In this document: positions 11,900 to 25,200 of the stretch, one piece after another
Layout of the letters: the number at the start of each line of letters is the position of its first letter
Position numbering within the stretch: position 1 is the first letter of the stretch
Assembly: GCA_905178155.1 (NCBI GenBank)
Contig: CAJINV010000006.1
Coordinates: 564,398-628,397, forward strand
Length of the DNA: 64,000 nucleotides
DNA from: Amoebophrya sp. A120
Taxonomy: Eukaryota > Protista > Dinoflagellata
Direction: 5' to 3'
Program-made: the position numbers and the translations under genes
The notes under the pieces: generated by a model
Told to the model about the DNA's origin: nothing
What the model saw: only the letters and a program-made list of their open reading frames with translations
Databases searched by the model: none

Positions 11900-14769
11900 T
11901 TAGCGGAACCGCTTGAAGAGCTTCTTGGCCGCCTTCTTGGCCTTCCGGGCCGCCTTCTTCGCCTCTTATCAAGACGGAAAATCCCCCCTCCCAAGGTCGA
12001 AAACGAAACTTGTCGTGCTGTATTTGAGTACACAAATCGACTTGCAATGCTACAAGCCCAAGAGCCGCAGCTGCGGCCGAGTTTGCAGGTAGTTTGTCAT
12101 GCTGCTTTCCACTTCCAGCTGCCTCCTGTCATGATGAAGGCGCAAAGGTTTAAGTATTCCCACGCCACCCAGCGCTACAGTGTCAACACCTTTCCGCCCT
12201 AGCATTACAAAGCTTCCTTGTGGCCACAAATCAGCATCACAAATTTCCTTTTCGATATGGGCAGGAGGGATTTTTCTTCTTGATACCTCGCGCTTCGCCT
12301 TCTTGGCGGCCTTTTTCGCGGCTTTCGCGGCCTTTTTCGCCGCCTTCTTGGCCTTCCGGGCGGCCTTCTTCGCTGCCTTGGCGGCGCGGGATTCCTTGAT
12401 CTTGTTGCCAATCGCCCCTGCCTATGGATTGCAAAAGTGTCTGGGTCTGGAAACTTGTGATGCTAAAATGTGCATGATGAAAACACTGCCGTAATGACAG
12501 TCCGGCATGACAACTTCCTCCAAAAACGCTTCGTCATAGGCAATCCGCATGAGAAGCTGCGCTTTGGCATGAGAAAAGAGGCTGCGGCTTTTGTTCATTA
12601 CGCAACTACACAGACTTTATTCTAGGAATGTGGAGCTAGCATTACAAGTGCCAACCTTCCAGACCCAGGAGACATTTTTGCAGTGCATACTGCCGCGCCC
12701 TTCAGCTTGTTGCCGACGGCGGTGGCACCGGCCTTCACCTGCTCGCGGAAGGTCATTTTCGTGGCGGGCGACTCATCCGAACCAGTGTCCTCATCCGAAC
12801 CAGTGTCATCCGCGGCGTCCATCGAGGTCGGCAACGGCGTCGTGGTCGTGGTGGTCATCATGCCGTCGGGATCAACTGCAAATATATGTCTGGGTCTGGA
12901 AGAGCCCAAGTTTGTCATGCACATGTTGCATCATCCATGACATCTGTGATGTATACTCTAGCATCACAGATTTATTCCTGCGGCCTTCTTGATGCCTTTA
13001 TTCTGCATGACAAATTCCCTCTCCGCATAGCAAAAACTGGACTCGTCTTCCTGGTCATGCAAGACAAATTCTTAAACATAAAATCAAAAGGCAGCGTCAC
13101 AAGTTGCATCCACTTCCAGACACAGACATATTTGCAATGGATACTCGGCCTTGGCGGAAGCCGCCTTCTCCTCCTCACTCATTTCGGCGCACTCGGTCTT
13201 CTTGTCCTTACCGAAGGTGATCTTCGCATCATCCCCGCAGCAGAACTTTCCGGTCGGGCACAGCTGGTCTGGGGGCACCATGCCCTGGCAGCACTGCTGA
13301 AACTTGTTGGGGTGGTCCTCGCAGATGGGGTTGCCGCTGGCGCAGGCGGCGTCGACGACCTGCGGGGTCGCCTCCGGGTTGCCGGCCAGGAAGAGGATCT
13401 GATACGAAAACGAAAATGTTGATTTTTGTCATGCGGAATTAACATTTCAGAAACACACTGTCATGCTGGACATCAATCACTCCACTAGTCCGTGTTTAAA
13501 AACATAAAAACAATAAAAATCTAAATTTCTCATGCGGTTTTAACACTACAATAAACCACACCTACAGAAGCACTACTTATACCCTTGAGCACTCCTCGGA
13601 ACCATCGGGCAGTCCGCCGGCCTCGCCCTCCATTGCGTACGTCCAGTTCTCGTCCTTGGTGTCCTCAATGGTGGTGGTGCCGAGCTTTCCATCCTCCACT
13701 TTCTCGACCGTCTTGGTACCGAAGTGCCCCATCACATCGTAGGCGAAACAGGGTTATGCATTAGTAGAAGAGCATCGTGTGCTTGGTGAGAATTTTTGCA
13801 TGACAGATTTCATCTTTAGAACTGAAAGTGAAGTAATCGAACTTTTGTCATGCGGAGTACGATACTTATGACAAATCAGATCTGTCATGCAATTTTCCCA
13901 AAAACGACTACGACACTTCTTACAAGCATAGCTTTCTTTGGGGGATGATGTCGCAGGACTTGGAGTCGATCATGAGCTTGACACACGCGGCGCAGGCTTG
14001 CTCCTTCTTGCTGTATTTTTCGGATTTTTTGATTCAACTTGTCATGCATAAACTACACGATTGAACAAATCTGTCATGCTTTTCTCGCATCGCTGTCGTT
14101 TTAACAAAGAAACAAAAAATATCAAAAGAAAAAAGTTCGTCACGATCACTCATGCGCATTCTTGCAATACAAAATTGTGTGTCATGCGTAAAAATGCATC
14201 ACAGCCAAACTTCATTAGGGATTTCCCTAGTGTTTCTGCAATACAAGGAAAGTTTGTGATGCTGAGAAAGTTTGTAATGCAAAACCTGCAAGTTAGTGAC
14301 TGTGACAAACATTTTTCTCTCCATAAAAAAAATTATACCCGTACACCCCCTCGCCTTCCCTTTCGCCCGTAGTTCCATCGTCGGGCAGTGCGGGCTTCAA
14401 CACCTCGTCCAAATTTGAGTAACTGGCCGACCAGGCGGTCTCGCAGACTGGCAAAGCAGAGGTGGTCGTGGCGGAAGAGAGCAAATATCAACTGCAAAAG
14501 TGTCTGGGTCTGAAAACTTGTGATGCAAGTCCGTGAACAATAAGTACGCTGTGATGTGCCGCCAAGCATGACAAGTTTTTTCGTGCTTCTGTACTGCGTA
14601 TTTCGCATGAGAAACTGCGCTTTTGCATGACAGGCAAGAGGGCCTCTTTGTGGCCACGCAATACAGACTGCAGAGCCATGCCAGACTGGCATTACAAATC
14701 TTGCAATCTCGCAGACCCAGACATTTTTGCAGTTGATAGCAAACCCAAGGTTGCGACTGTTGATCGCAT
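11900..14769 (-). CDS. Hypothetical secreted Cys-rich protein with Thr/acidic linker and Lys/Ala-repeat basic tail
   Basis: Spliced N-terminus MRSTVATLGLLSSATTTSALP (signal-like); Cys-rich middle (ACAACVK, QQCCQG, KFCCGD); ends AAKAAKKAARKAKKAAKK...LFKRFR*. Confidence 0.7.
11967..12285. mobile_element. Introner family B
   Basis: B-type TIRs; flanks cctct/cctcg; gives GT...AG ends on the sense strand. Confidence 0.9.
12423..12689. mobile_element. Introner family A
   Basis: A-type TIRs; flanks ctgcc/ctgcc. Confidence 0.9.
12870..13143. mobile_element. Introner family A
   Basis: A-type TIRs (left end GAT); flanks gtcgg/ctcgg. Confidence 0.85.
14486..14738. mobile_element. Introner family A
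   Basis: A-type TIRs; flanks gcaaa/gcaaa. Confidence 0.9.
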
Positions 14770-16137
14770 TTTAGACGAATTGGAAGTTCGCATCTTTAGA
14801 GGATCTACTTCCGGGGTTTACGACGAGGAAGCCTTCCCTAAATTCCGTAGCCTCGCTGGATGGGTAGTGCTGCTGGACACTACGCTATTCGGTCTAGGGT
14901 GATGAGAATTTTTTAAACAGAAGGTTTTGCGACAAAAGATGAAGGACGAAGTGGTTTTAGAACATTTTGACACTGGATTTTGGATCTTTTTCTGCCAGAA
15001 AGACGGCGGAGACGAATAAAACTTGATCCACATAAATTCCGAACAACGAACGGAAGAAGAAACGGAAACGCTGACAATGAAAACCGGAAAGTTTGTCATC
15101 GTCAAATCTAAAAGATGAAATATCCAAAGGACACGCGAAATTTTTGCTGCTCTCCGTTGATAGAGAACTGCTGAACACAATTGGTAGCCGCTTGTCAACA
15201 CCACCTAAAAAGTAGTGGCACTAATAATTTCGCTTTTTAATCTTGTTGCACCAAGTCGTATTATTTCCTCTGCAAAAATAACGGTTCTTTAAACTGCTCC
15301 AATAAAAGCCAATTTATCATCCTTCTCTGCGCAGCCTGTTGGTGATAAATAGTGTTTATAAATCCTTCCAGTGTGGTTGTTGGTGTTTGTGATTGTTAAT
15401 AGAAAAAATCTAGTGTCGTGAAGACCGTTTTAGTCGTGATGATCGTGATGTTGTTCACTGTCAGTATAGTACCCTTGCACCAGAAACACGGCCCAAGCAT
15501 ACTTAGTACATCAGCAGGCCCTCTCTCGCAGCGTTCGGTTCTTTCGCAAGAGAAAGTACACTCCTTTGTAGTTTTCGAAAGCAGTGGTCGTTCTTTCCTG
15601 TACAACTTCCGGGGGTTTGAAACATCATCCACTTAGTACTTCGAAGGCGCGTTCCACCGTACCAGAAGAGCAGTCGGCGAAGAAATGGAGTGGCGGAAAA
15701 TTATCACGAACAGCCGAACTGTTTGAGTTCTGATGTGTCCTCGTGGTTATTCTTTTGTACTGGATGATTCTGCTGCCGGTTTTTCTCCTGCTTCACGCGA
15801 GCAGCTACTGCTGCGGCACACCAGTGTTGTACTATCTCCATTTTCTCCGTCTACTCTGCGCCAGTTGTTGAAAAAAGAAGATCAAACTGCGTGGTCGTGT
15901 TTTTAGCGTGTTGAGGTGGAACAAGTACTATTTAGTCACTGCTGTAGTTCCTCTTAGCGCCGCGTGGAGAGGAGCAAGACCCGCAGACACAGGTACTTCT
16001 CCGCTTATTTTCGATGCTCCAATAGTATTAAAGAAGAGTCTGTTGTTCATCCCCCGGTCGTGAAGGTAGAGCTGCTTTACTCTGTTTCATCTACCGCGTT
16101 CTTCTGCAACTCCGGTAAAAATACGACGAGTTCATCT

Positions 16138-17556
16138 TTACAGATCATCGTCCTCATCATCGTCAATCGGCACTGCCGCGGCCGCCGCCGCTTCCTGCTC
16201 AATCCGTGCGATGTCCGCGGCGTCAATCTGCACGACGGGCGGCTTCGCGAACTCCTCCACAAAGACCAAATCCTTGTTGTTACAGAGTCGTCGCGCGAGC
16301 CACAGGAAGGGCTTCTCAAAGTTGAAGTTGGAGCGGGCGGAGAGATCGTAGTACCTGTTATAGATAGGTTTTTAGGTATCACAAAGCTTTTCGTCATCTC
16401 CACTTGTCATGCAGAGTGCAACTTTGTAATGCGTGGTTTGCAATATCCTTCACATTAGTCATGCATATTTGGACACCAAAAACAAATCAATTTATACTGC
16501 AGATTCCTCTTTCTGTGGAATTGGATGTTTCGTGCCTTCACCTGCCGGTCCTTGACATCCACCTTATTCCCTACCAACACGATCGGGATCTGCTCGCACA
16601 CTCGCACGATGTCCTTGTACCTGTGATAGAATGTGGTGGTTTCCATGCTTTTTACTTTTTCTGCATCACAAAAATCTTTTATCCCACCTTTTCCGCATCA
16701 CAAGTTTTCCGTTTCTGATGAATCTGAAAATTGAATAATTTCAATTTGTCATGCTACAGTAACACAAAGACACTATTTTTCTCATCCTGAAACGCGCATG
16801 AAGAGAAATTTGTATACCATTCCGGGACGTTTTTGTAGGTGATACGGGAGGTGACGTCGAACATGATGATTGCGCATTCCCCCTGGATGTAGTACCTTTA
16901 GATGAAATTTGTATTGCTGATAAATTGTTTTGCTAAAAGAAACAAAAGGTTTGTCATGCTGCTTTCGACGCTATGCGGTATCAAGTTCCAGATGGACGAC
17001 ACGATCTGTCATGCGTCCTCTCCAATGAACCGCAAGCAGATATGCTTCTCTTCTGCCTTTGATCCCTTTCCCGCATGACAAACAAGCCGCGTAAAGAATA
17101 AAGTATACCCGTCCCTCAATCCGCCCATCTTTTCCTGTCCTGCGGTGTCCCACACATTGAAGCAAATCACACCGCAATTTGTCGTGAACTTTAGGGGGTG
17201 CACCTCCACACCGAGCGTTGGAATATACTTCTTCTCGAATTCACCTGTGATAAGTAGTAGAGTGTGTTGCATGTTGACAAACTTGTGTTGCGATGGAAGG
17301 TTGACAATACTAAGTACCCACTTTGTCTTCATGCACGACATCGCATGACAAATATCAGCAGCATGATGAGATGAAATGGAATTTGTAATGCGGGTTGACC
17401 TTAAGAAAAACATTTGTAATGCATGGCTGCAATACCTGTCAAGTGTCTTTTCACCAAAGTCGTCTTTCCTACACCGCCATCCCCTACCAACACCAATTTC
17501 CATTCCGCCTCCACCTTTGGTGCCTGCGGTACCTGCTGCTGTGGCTGTCCGAACAT
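16138..17556 (-). CDS. RAN: GTP-binding nuclear protein Ran; 5 exons, GT-AG introns at 16355-16497, 16621-16817, 16896-17108, 17245-17435
   Basis: [57 protein letters not shown] and acidic tail [10 protein letters not shown]. Confidence 0.97.
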
Positions 17557-19224
17557 TTTGCCTGGTTGGAGCTCTTCAGGAAAGCGAACTTCAGAAACGG
17601 TTGTAAGAGATTGAATTTTTATTTTCGATAGGAAAGAAAGTCGCTTTCAACAACAGTATGTTTATTTAAACGTATAGTGTAGTTCAAGCTATCAGGTCGT
17701 CGTAGTCTGCAAATTTAGAAACTTAAACCGCAAAATAAAACAATCTTTGGCCGATAGAGCTGCACCAGAAAAGGTTTGCACTAAGAGTGAGTGTCGCTGT
17801 CGTAACTAATAAAGTGGTCCTCGTGCGTAAATGAACTTCTGTTGAAACACCGCTGGTTTTCTCTGACGACGTTAAAGTAAAGGGGCCTGTGTGTATAGTT
17901 GTTGAAAATTATGGTTCAAGAAATGTGCAAAATTCAATCCAGTTTGGCAATTTCAGTGTGTCCCTTTCTACAGGGTATAATTACAACTTGCAATTTGTCG
18001 ATACTACACTGCAGCTATGAGTAAACCTACTTGCAATTATTCAAGTCTAGATCGCGATTCAGAGTAAGGTGGACCTCCACACGGCAGGTGCACTACGGGG
18101 CTGAAGAAATTTCTCCGCCACTAGACCGGCCGTGCTTTGACTCGAATCACACCTCCTTTGGTCGGAAAAAAAAACCCTTTCGCTATGTTTGATTTTGGCG
18201 AAGATTTTTTGCGATAGAATTTGTATTTCTGATCGGGTGAAGAAGTAGATCCGCTTGTGTTGACTCTGGTGCCACTAGAACCGTTTTGATATTTCACTAC
18301 CTCCTATTCACCAGATCGCGATCTTCTTCTTCTCACACACACGCTTGAGATGAAACGCACTTTGTCTTCGCTTCGACACATTTTCGCACGTTAGAAGATG
18401 GATAAGTACTCACCTACTAGTGCACTCGTCAAGAGCATCATTTGTTTCCACCGCCTCGAGGTGGATGATCTCGTTTTAAACCAAATGATTTGCTACCTTG
18501 TGGTGCACCACAACAGTAGTTAGAGCTGCTTCTCAGCTAGCTTCTCTCGCCACAAGTTGTGTTCCAACCTTGTCCTCTTTGTTCCTCGGGTAGTCGGAGG
18601 CGCAGCAAGGCACCTTGTGATGTCGGCAGCTGCGAGGACACGCCACAGCTACCCCTTGCTGTTTGTGCGGCGCATTTTGGTTTCCATGAACTACCGGGGT
18701 CTACTTCTTTTCCGTCTCTTCATCCGCTAAAAGTCAAATTTTCTTAATCTCTTCTCCGCATTGGTGTTTGATGACCTAGTGTGGTCTGTAGTGTCGTCGC
18801 ATAGTGTTCTTGTGTAACAAAGGTTCGCTCGTAATCCAATATCATATGAGCACATTGTGTGTGGGTCTTCGTAGCGAGTGAAATCGAAAACCTATGACAG
18901 CTGGCTTCAACACTGCATATTATCGTTTCTACTTCACGATGACATTTTCAACCAAAGGAATCAGTATTGTGCTATATAAATGCAGTAGTAGAGCCAGACT
19001 ACACCTACGTGGTCTAGTACTTCATACTAGGTAAAACAAACTCGTTGCATTTTATTTGTCACGATGTTTATTTGATGCACATCACAGTACTTCTATCCGC
19101 TATAGTGTAAAAATTTTTGTCGTCTATACGTTTCCGATAAATCCATCAAGGCAAAATCGAGCTGCTGTACTGAAGACTGTTTCATCTTGACAAAAAATGA
19201 TGTCCGCATTCTTTTTCCCTTTCT

Positions 19225-22200
19225 TTACGAGAAATCAAAATTTTGAATTTTTTCCATGCCCTCGCCGAAGGTCATGTTGTTGTCGTCTAAATTTCCGAAT
19301 CCCCCCATGCCGTCTTCCGCTTCCGACTCACTATCCGGGAAATATTTCGTTTTGAACTCCACAAATTTGTCCAGCAGCGGTTCCAGCTGCTTGTTCTTCG
19401 AGTTGTGCAACCGGGTGATCAATTCCTCGATCTTCTCCGCATACCCACAGGTCGCCGCGATCTGCTGGTAGTGGTCCGCCAGGGAATTCGTGACCTGTTG
19501 CGGTTATCGAGTGCAAACATGTCTGGGTCTGGGAGATTGCGAGATTTGTCGTGCTAGTCTGGCATGACTCAGGAATCTGTATTGCGTGGCAACCAAGAGC
19601 TCCTTTTGCCTGTCATGCAATAAACACGCAGTTTCTCATGCGGAATACGCAACTCAGAAGCATGAAAAAACTTGTCATGCTTGGCGGCGCATTACAGTGT
19701 GGTTATTATTCAGTGACCTGCATCACAACTTTCCAGACCCAGACATATTTGCATTTGATAGCGGTACGCCCGTGCCGTCTGGCTGCATGGTGGTAACTTG
19801 TTGCGTCGAGGACAATACCTTGGCGGAGCTATCGACCAAATTCGACAACAGCGGGGGCTCGAGCTGTTTGTTGTGGAATAAGTGGAGGAAAAACGTCGCC
19901 TGGTGGAAAAACATGACCGGGACTTGCTGGTACTTTTCCAAGCCGTACGCGTTGGTTTTCAGCGTGTTCTCCGTGACGAATTGAAAGATGGTCTGCAGTT
20001 CTGGCTGGTAGTTCGGATTCCCCTGCTCCTTCGTCGTCATCACCTGGACAATCTGTTCGGACAGGAAGGATACGTCGTTGGTGGCGAAATAGTTGGTGAA
20101 GCAGTAGATCAGCTCTTTCACCGTGTCATACTTCATCTTGGACCAGGCTTCGTTCTGCTGAAAATTCTTATGACACTGCACAACTCCCCCTTCCCCTCAC
20201 TTGTAATATTCCATGAACCGCAATACAAACACCAACACACATGGAGCCTGTGCATGACAAGTTCTTCATGCGCCTCGTGTAAGTCGTACTGTTTGTGCTT
20301 CCGAAATTTGTCATGCAAACAGTCCCACAGCCCAGCAATTGGATTCAGGGTTTGGCATGACAAATGAGGGGGAAGGGGAGTTGTGCACTCTCATAATTTT
20401 GCCCGAGCTCCGACATTATGTCGAACACGTTCAGGTACTGGTTTTTTTTTTGAATTTGGATTTGGTTCTCCGCAATACAAAAACGCTTTTTCATTCGCTA
20501 TTCGCATGACAGGTTCTCCCACGACTGCAGTCTGTGAACAAGCTGCGTGTTGACCACGACGCAACTCTGTGATGCGAAACAAAACCATCAGGAACTACAA
20601 GTAGAGGATTATCAAGATCCGGAGAAGTACCTCTGCCGGCGGTGCTGGTGGGTCTTCGGTTGGCCACGTGTTCGATGGATTCTCAACTCTCGGTATCAAA
20701 AGGAAAAATCTCCCCTCCCCATATCGAAAACGACGTTTCTGATGCTGGATTCGTGTACACAAATCCGGGCTGTCTTGCTGGGGAGGACTTCTGCAGGCCC
20801 ATGCCAAGTGTGGGGAAGGAATTTCTTGCCTAGGCGTCCAGCACGAAAAACGTCCGCGCTGTAGGTCCAGCAGCATGATAAACCGCCTGCACAGTGCGGC
20901 GGTTGTCTGTGGAGTTGCCTGCTTGCAAGACAGACGCGATTTGCGACCACAAATCCGCATCACAAATTTCCGAAAATATTATACCTTTTCAGTACGGGGA
21001 GGGGAGATTTTTCTTTGCGATACTCGGGTCCTGTATCGGGTTCAAGCTATGATGGGAAACAACCTGTCCTCCTTCCCATTCATGATAGCTGGCGACTATC
21101 ATACAAAATGGAGTCAACTTCTACTTACACAGCAGGCTGTGTAGTCATGCAAAATGATGATCATGATGTCGCAGGAATCTTTTGTCTCTGATCGCTTTTC
21201 CTCTTGGCGGACCGCGTGTGCATGACCTATTTCGGCGAGGATGAGGACCAATACCAAAGCAGCACGACTATCTAGGGGTTTGCTGAGACGTTCTTGTCAT
21301 GCAGAAGTTACTTCTCGAATGCACGGGTACTAGTCCTATAATCTGTGTTGCTGCAGAGGGTCGTGCAGCAATATTAAACAAACAAACATCAAAGGACGAC
21401 ATCAACGGACGACAAGTTGTATTTTTTTTTTCCATACAGGTTGGAATTCGGCGACAAATCGTAGGGGAGAATACTTGCCAAAACCTGATCCGGCAAGGCT
21501 GCGAGTAGATTGGACACCAGCCAGCAATATGATATGCAAAAGTGTCTGGGTCTGGAAGAATGCAACTTGTCATGCTAAATCTGAAGCATACAAAAATCTG
21601 TGTTGCATGATTACCAAAAGTGGTCCAGTTTTGACCAAGTCGGGAGGGAGTTTCTCATGCAGGGTAGTCATGAGAGAGATCGCACAGAATCTGTCATGCT
21701 AGGTCCTGCATTCCAGACCTCGTGGGTCATGGAAAAGGTGCATGACAAATCTGACAATCTTCCAGACCCGGACATTTTTACAATCCATAAGCAACCTTCT
21801 TTCCTCGCCTGTGCGTGGTCGATGACGCGGAGCATTTTCAAAACCGCTGGGAGGATCCCGGATAACAGGCACACGTCGGTGTACTGTCTCGCTTCGGCGG
21901 ACACGAGCTCACCTAACGCTTTCAAATATCAAATGCAAATATCCCCGGAGGTCTGGATGAAACTTGTGATGCTAAAACGTGGATGATATTAAAAACAGCT
22001 CCGAATGCAACCTAGCATGACAACTTTCCAGAACGCTTTCTCGTACGTATATCCGCATGAGAAACTGCGTGCTTGTGTGTACAAATGAGGCTACGACTTT
22101 TGTTGGTTTATGCAATACAGATTTCCTAGCTATGGAAAGCTAGCATTACAAGTTCCAAGCTTCCAGACCCAGACATATTTGCAATGCATATCAACGCGGG

Positions 22201-25200
22201 GATGCGGATGTCTTTCGTGTAGGAGCCGTCGTTGGGTTCGCCGTTCACATACCGACCCGTCCACACGGGGGTGCCAGAGTCGCGGGAAACCTGGACGATT
22301 TTTTCGATCGTGCGATAGTCATTTGTCATGCAGAAATTACCTGATCAGAATGTACTAAAACGGGTACGGGAACTGCTGCTATGCGCATATTTCTTAAAAC
22401 GTTTCATTTGCAAGAAGCCACCGCATGACACGTGGAACTACAACTATCTATCATGTGGTGTCTCTTATATCTATACCTCTGGCTCCATTTTTGGCTCAAT
22501 GATGGCGACCAGGCACCGCAAGAGCTGATTTGGTTCGACTAACACACCATTGCTGGAATCCTTCTGTCCCGCCATTAAAAAAGCATCCAATCTCACGTTG
22601 CCCTCGTCCTGTTGTTTTTGGTTGTTGTTTATCTGCATCCAGCCATTTTGCATGACAGAGAGGCACTTTTTCTTTCATCACGATGATTCTGCAAGACAAA
22701 AAATCCTGTGTAGCTGTAGGTGGGTAGAAGTAGTTCTTCCCAGCAGCACATAGGTGAAGGATACTAGCACAGCAATTATCAAAACAATACCGCTCGCACG
22801 TTCCCCTGAATCGCGTAGAAAATTCCCCACAGTGCCTCGGATGCTAATGTGTCCTTCATCTTTCTCCCCACCACCTCCGCAAAGACTGTCAAAGCGTATC
22901 CCGGGTAAAAACGTCCCCACATCATACTTGTCATGCAGATTTGCGATTACAGGAAGATTTGGAAAGCGTATCTCCGTGAGAGGCATTTCCAGTCGCGTCT
23001 TGGAATTTGTAATGCTGTAAACGGGATGAGCAGACGGATTTGTGATCCACGGCTGCACTTGCTAAACTACACTACAGCACGGACTGGAATTTGTCATGCG
23101 TTGCTCCCAAAGCCTCCGAGATTGTGTTGCTAAGTTCCCAATCATTGACTATGGGGAGGTGGGGACGTTTTTACATATGATAAAGCCGGCTGAATCTTTG
23201 CAAACTCGGGCGCGGGCTTCCCCCGGCAGCAGTTGGTCATCACCCACAGGACGTTTTTCAAGTTGTTTTCCTTCTCCGTTTCTGTCCAAGGGAGCTCGAT
23301 GATGCCACTGCAAATCGATTGGAGAATCGGGATGATGTTTTTCTGCACCAGTTGGTCGCGCAGTTGGGCGCCGTCACCCGCGATGTTACCTGATGTAATT
23401 TTTTTGTGTATTATGCATTACAAATCTTCTTCTTAAGGTAAAGCACTGCATTACAAGTTTTATTTCTCATGCTGAGGAAATTATTTGTATAATGCATTTA
23501 TACAACATCGTAAAAATTATGTACCTAATCCCCACACCGCCTGTTCGCACAGTTCTTGTCTCAGCGCTTTATCAAATGCAAAAATGTCTGGGTCTGGAAG
23601 AATGCATGTTTGTCATGCTTGTCTGGCATGACTCTTAAATCTGTCATGCACGTTGCCCAAGAGCCGCATTTTTCTGTCATGCGGAGACGCAGTTTGTCAT
23701 GCAGAATAGGCAACACCTACAAGCTCAGAAATTTGTCATGCTGAGCCAGCACTTGTGGCCTCATCATGAGATGCCACCCAGCATCACAAGTTTCCAGACA
23801 TCCAGGGATTTTTACATTTGATACGCTTGCTTTGACTGCAAGATGGATAAAAACGCGTCAATGCCACCCGCTTCCACTACATAACGGGTAAATTTGGAAT
23901 CCCCAGACGCGATGTTGGTCACGGCCCACGCCGTTTCGAGGGTGAGCCTGATAATTTTCATTTTCATATTGTTCCCATAAATGATCCAGTTTGATGCAGG
24001 AGCTTCTGCACTTCTCCCAAACAAGCAGAAGCATAACATGAATATATTCGTATCCCGTCATCGACAAAAATAAGCTGATCACAATGTAAGTAGTAGTTCA
24101 ATCAAAACTTCGTTGTGTGACGATTTTCATACTTCTAATACAGCATGACAAATTGAAAAATCCTAATACTTTGGATCCGTAGAGACCCGCATCAAGTCGA
24201 CTAATTTCGGCGTTAAGTTTGCGGCGACCACTTCCTCTATTGGTGGCGCTTCTTCCTTTGACAACAGTTTTCTGACCACAATCACCGCTTCGAGCTGTGT
24301 CTCCGCGTCGCCGTCGTTAAATATCGCCTCCGCTAGTCTTGGCAGTTGCTTTTCCAATTTCTCTCCCTGGGGAAATTTCTGCCCGGGCGTCAACATGTTG
24401 GGCTCCGTTGATTGGCTGGCTGTTTGCTGGTTACTAAATTGCTGGACCTGCATGCCGCCATCTTGCATCGAGGAAGATGTGCTCTCGGCCCTGTTAAAAA
24501 GTTTTATTGTTTTGGGATTCACATTGGTTCCTGTTGCTTGCTCGATACGTAATTAATGACGGGTTCTTATTTCCTCTTCAGTTGCATCAAAGCTTTGGAA
24601 CATCAATCGCCGATGATGTGGATAGTAGTTTCTCATCCAAGTCAAAAAAACCTACTGCGCAACATCAGAAACAACCTCACATCTTATGATGCAAAGCTAC
24701 ACAAATCAACAAATTTCCCTATAATGTCCTTAATACCCTGGTGTGCTGGTTGAGCTGTTGGCCAGTATCAAATGTAAAAATGTCTGGGTCTGGAAGATTA
24801 GAACTTGTCATGCTAAACCTGAATGATGCAAAAATCTGTGTTGCGTGAGTACCGAAAGCTGTCCGCTTTTGACCAAGTTGGGAGGGAGTTTCTCATGCAG
24901 GAAAGGCATGATAGAGACCTCCAAGAATCTGTCATGCTGGGTCTCGCATTCCAGACCTCATGGGTCGTGGAAAACCTGCATCACAAATCTTGCATTTTTC
25001 CAGACCCAGACATTTTTGCATTTGATAGCCAGCATATTGTCCCCAAACTGCTCCGCGATGGTCGTTGCATTTTTGTTATGCATTGCAAAAGTATCGTACT
25101 CGTGTAAATGCATTACAAATTTCCTCAGCATGAGAAATAAAATTTGTAATGCGGATTTACCTATAACAAAAAGATTTGTAATGCATGATTGCAATACGAG

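Noticed and set aside
11900-12420. Histone H1 gene
   Set aside because: The Lys/Ala repeats are the last exons of a longer signal-peptide protein, and no globular H1 domain is visible.
22485-22499. Dinoflagellate spliced-leader relic (CCATTTTTGGCTCAA)
   Set aside because: It has one extra T, lacks the 5' part, and lies antisense within an importin exon (IEPKME); probably chance.
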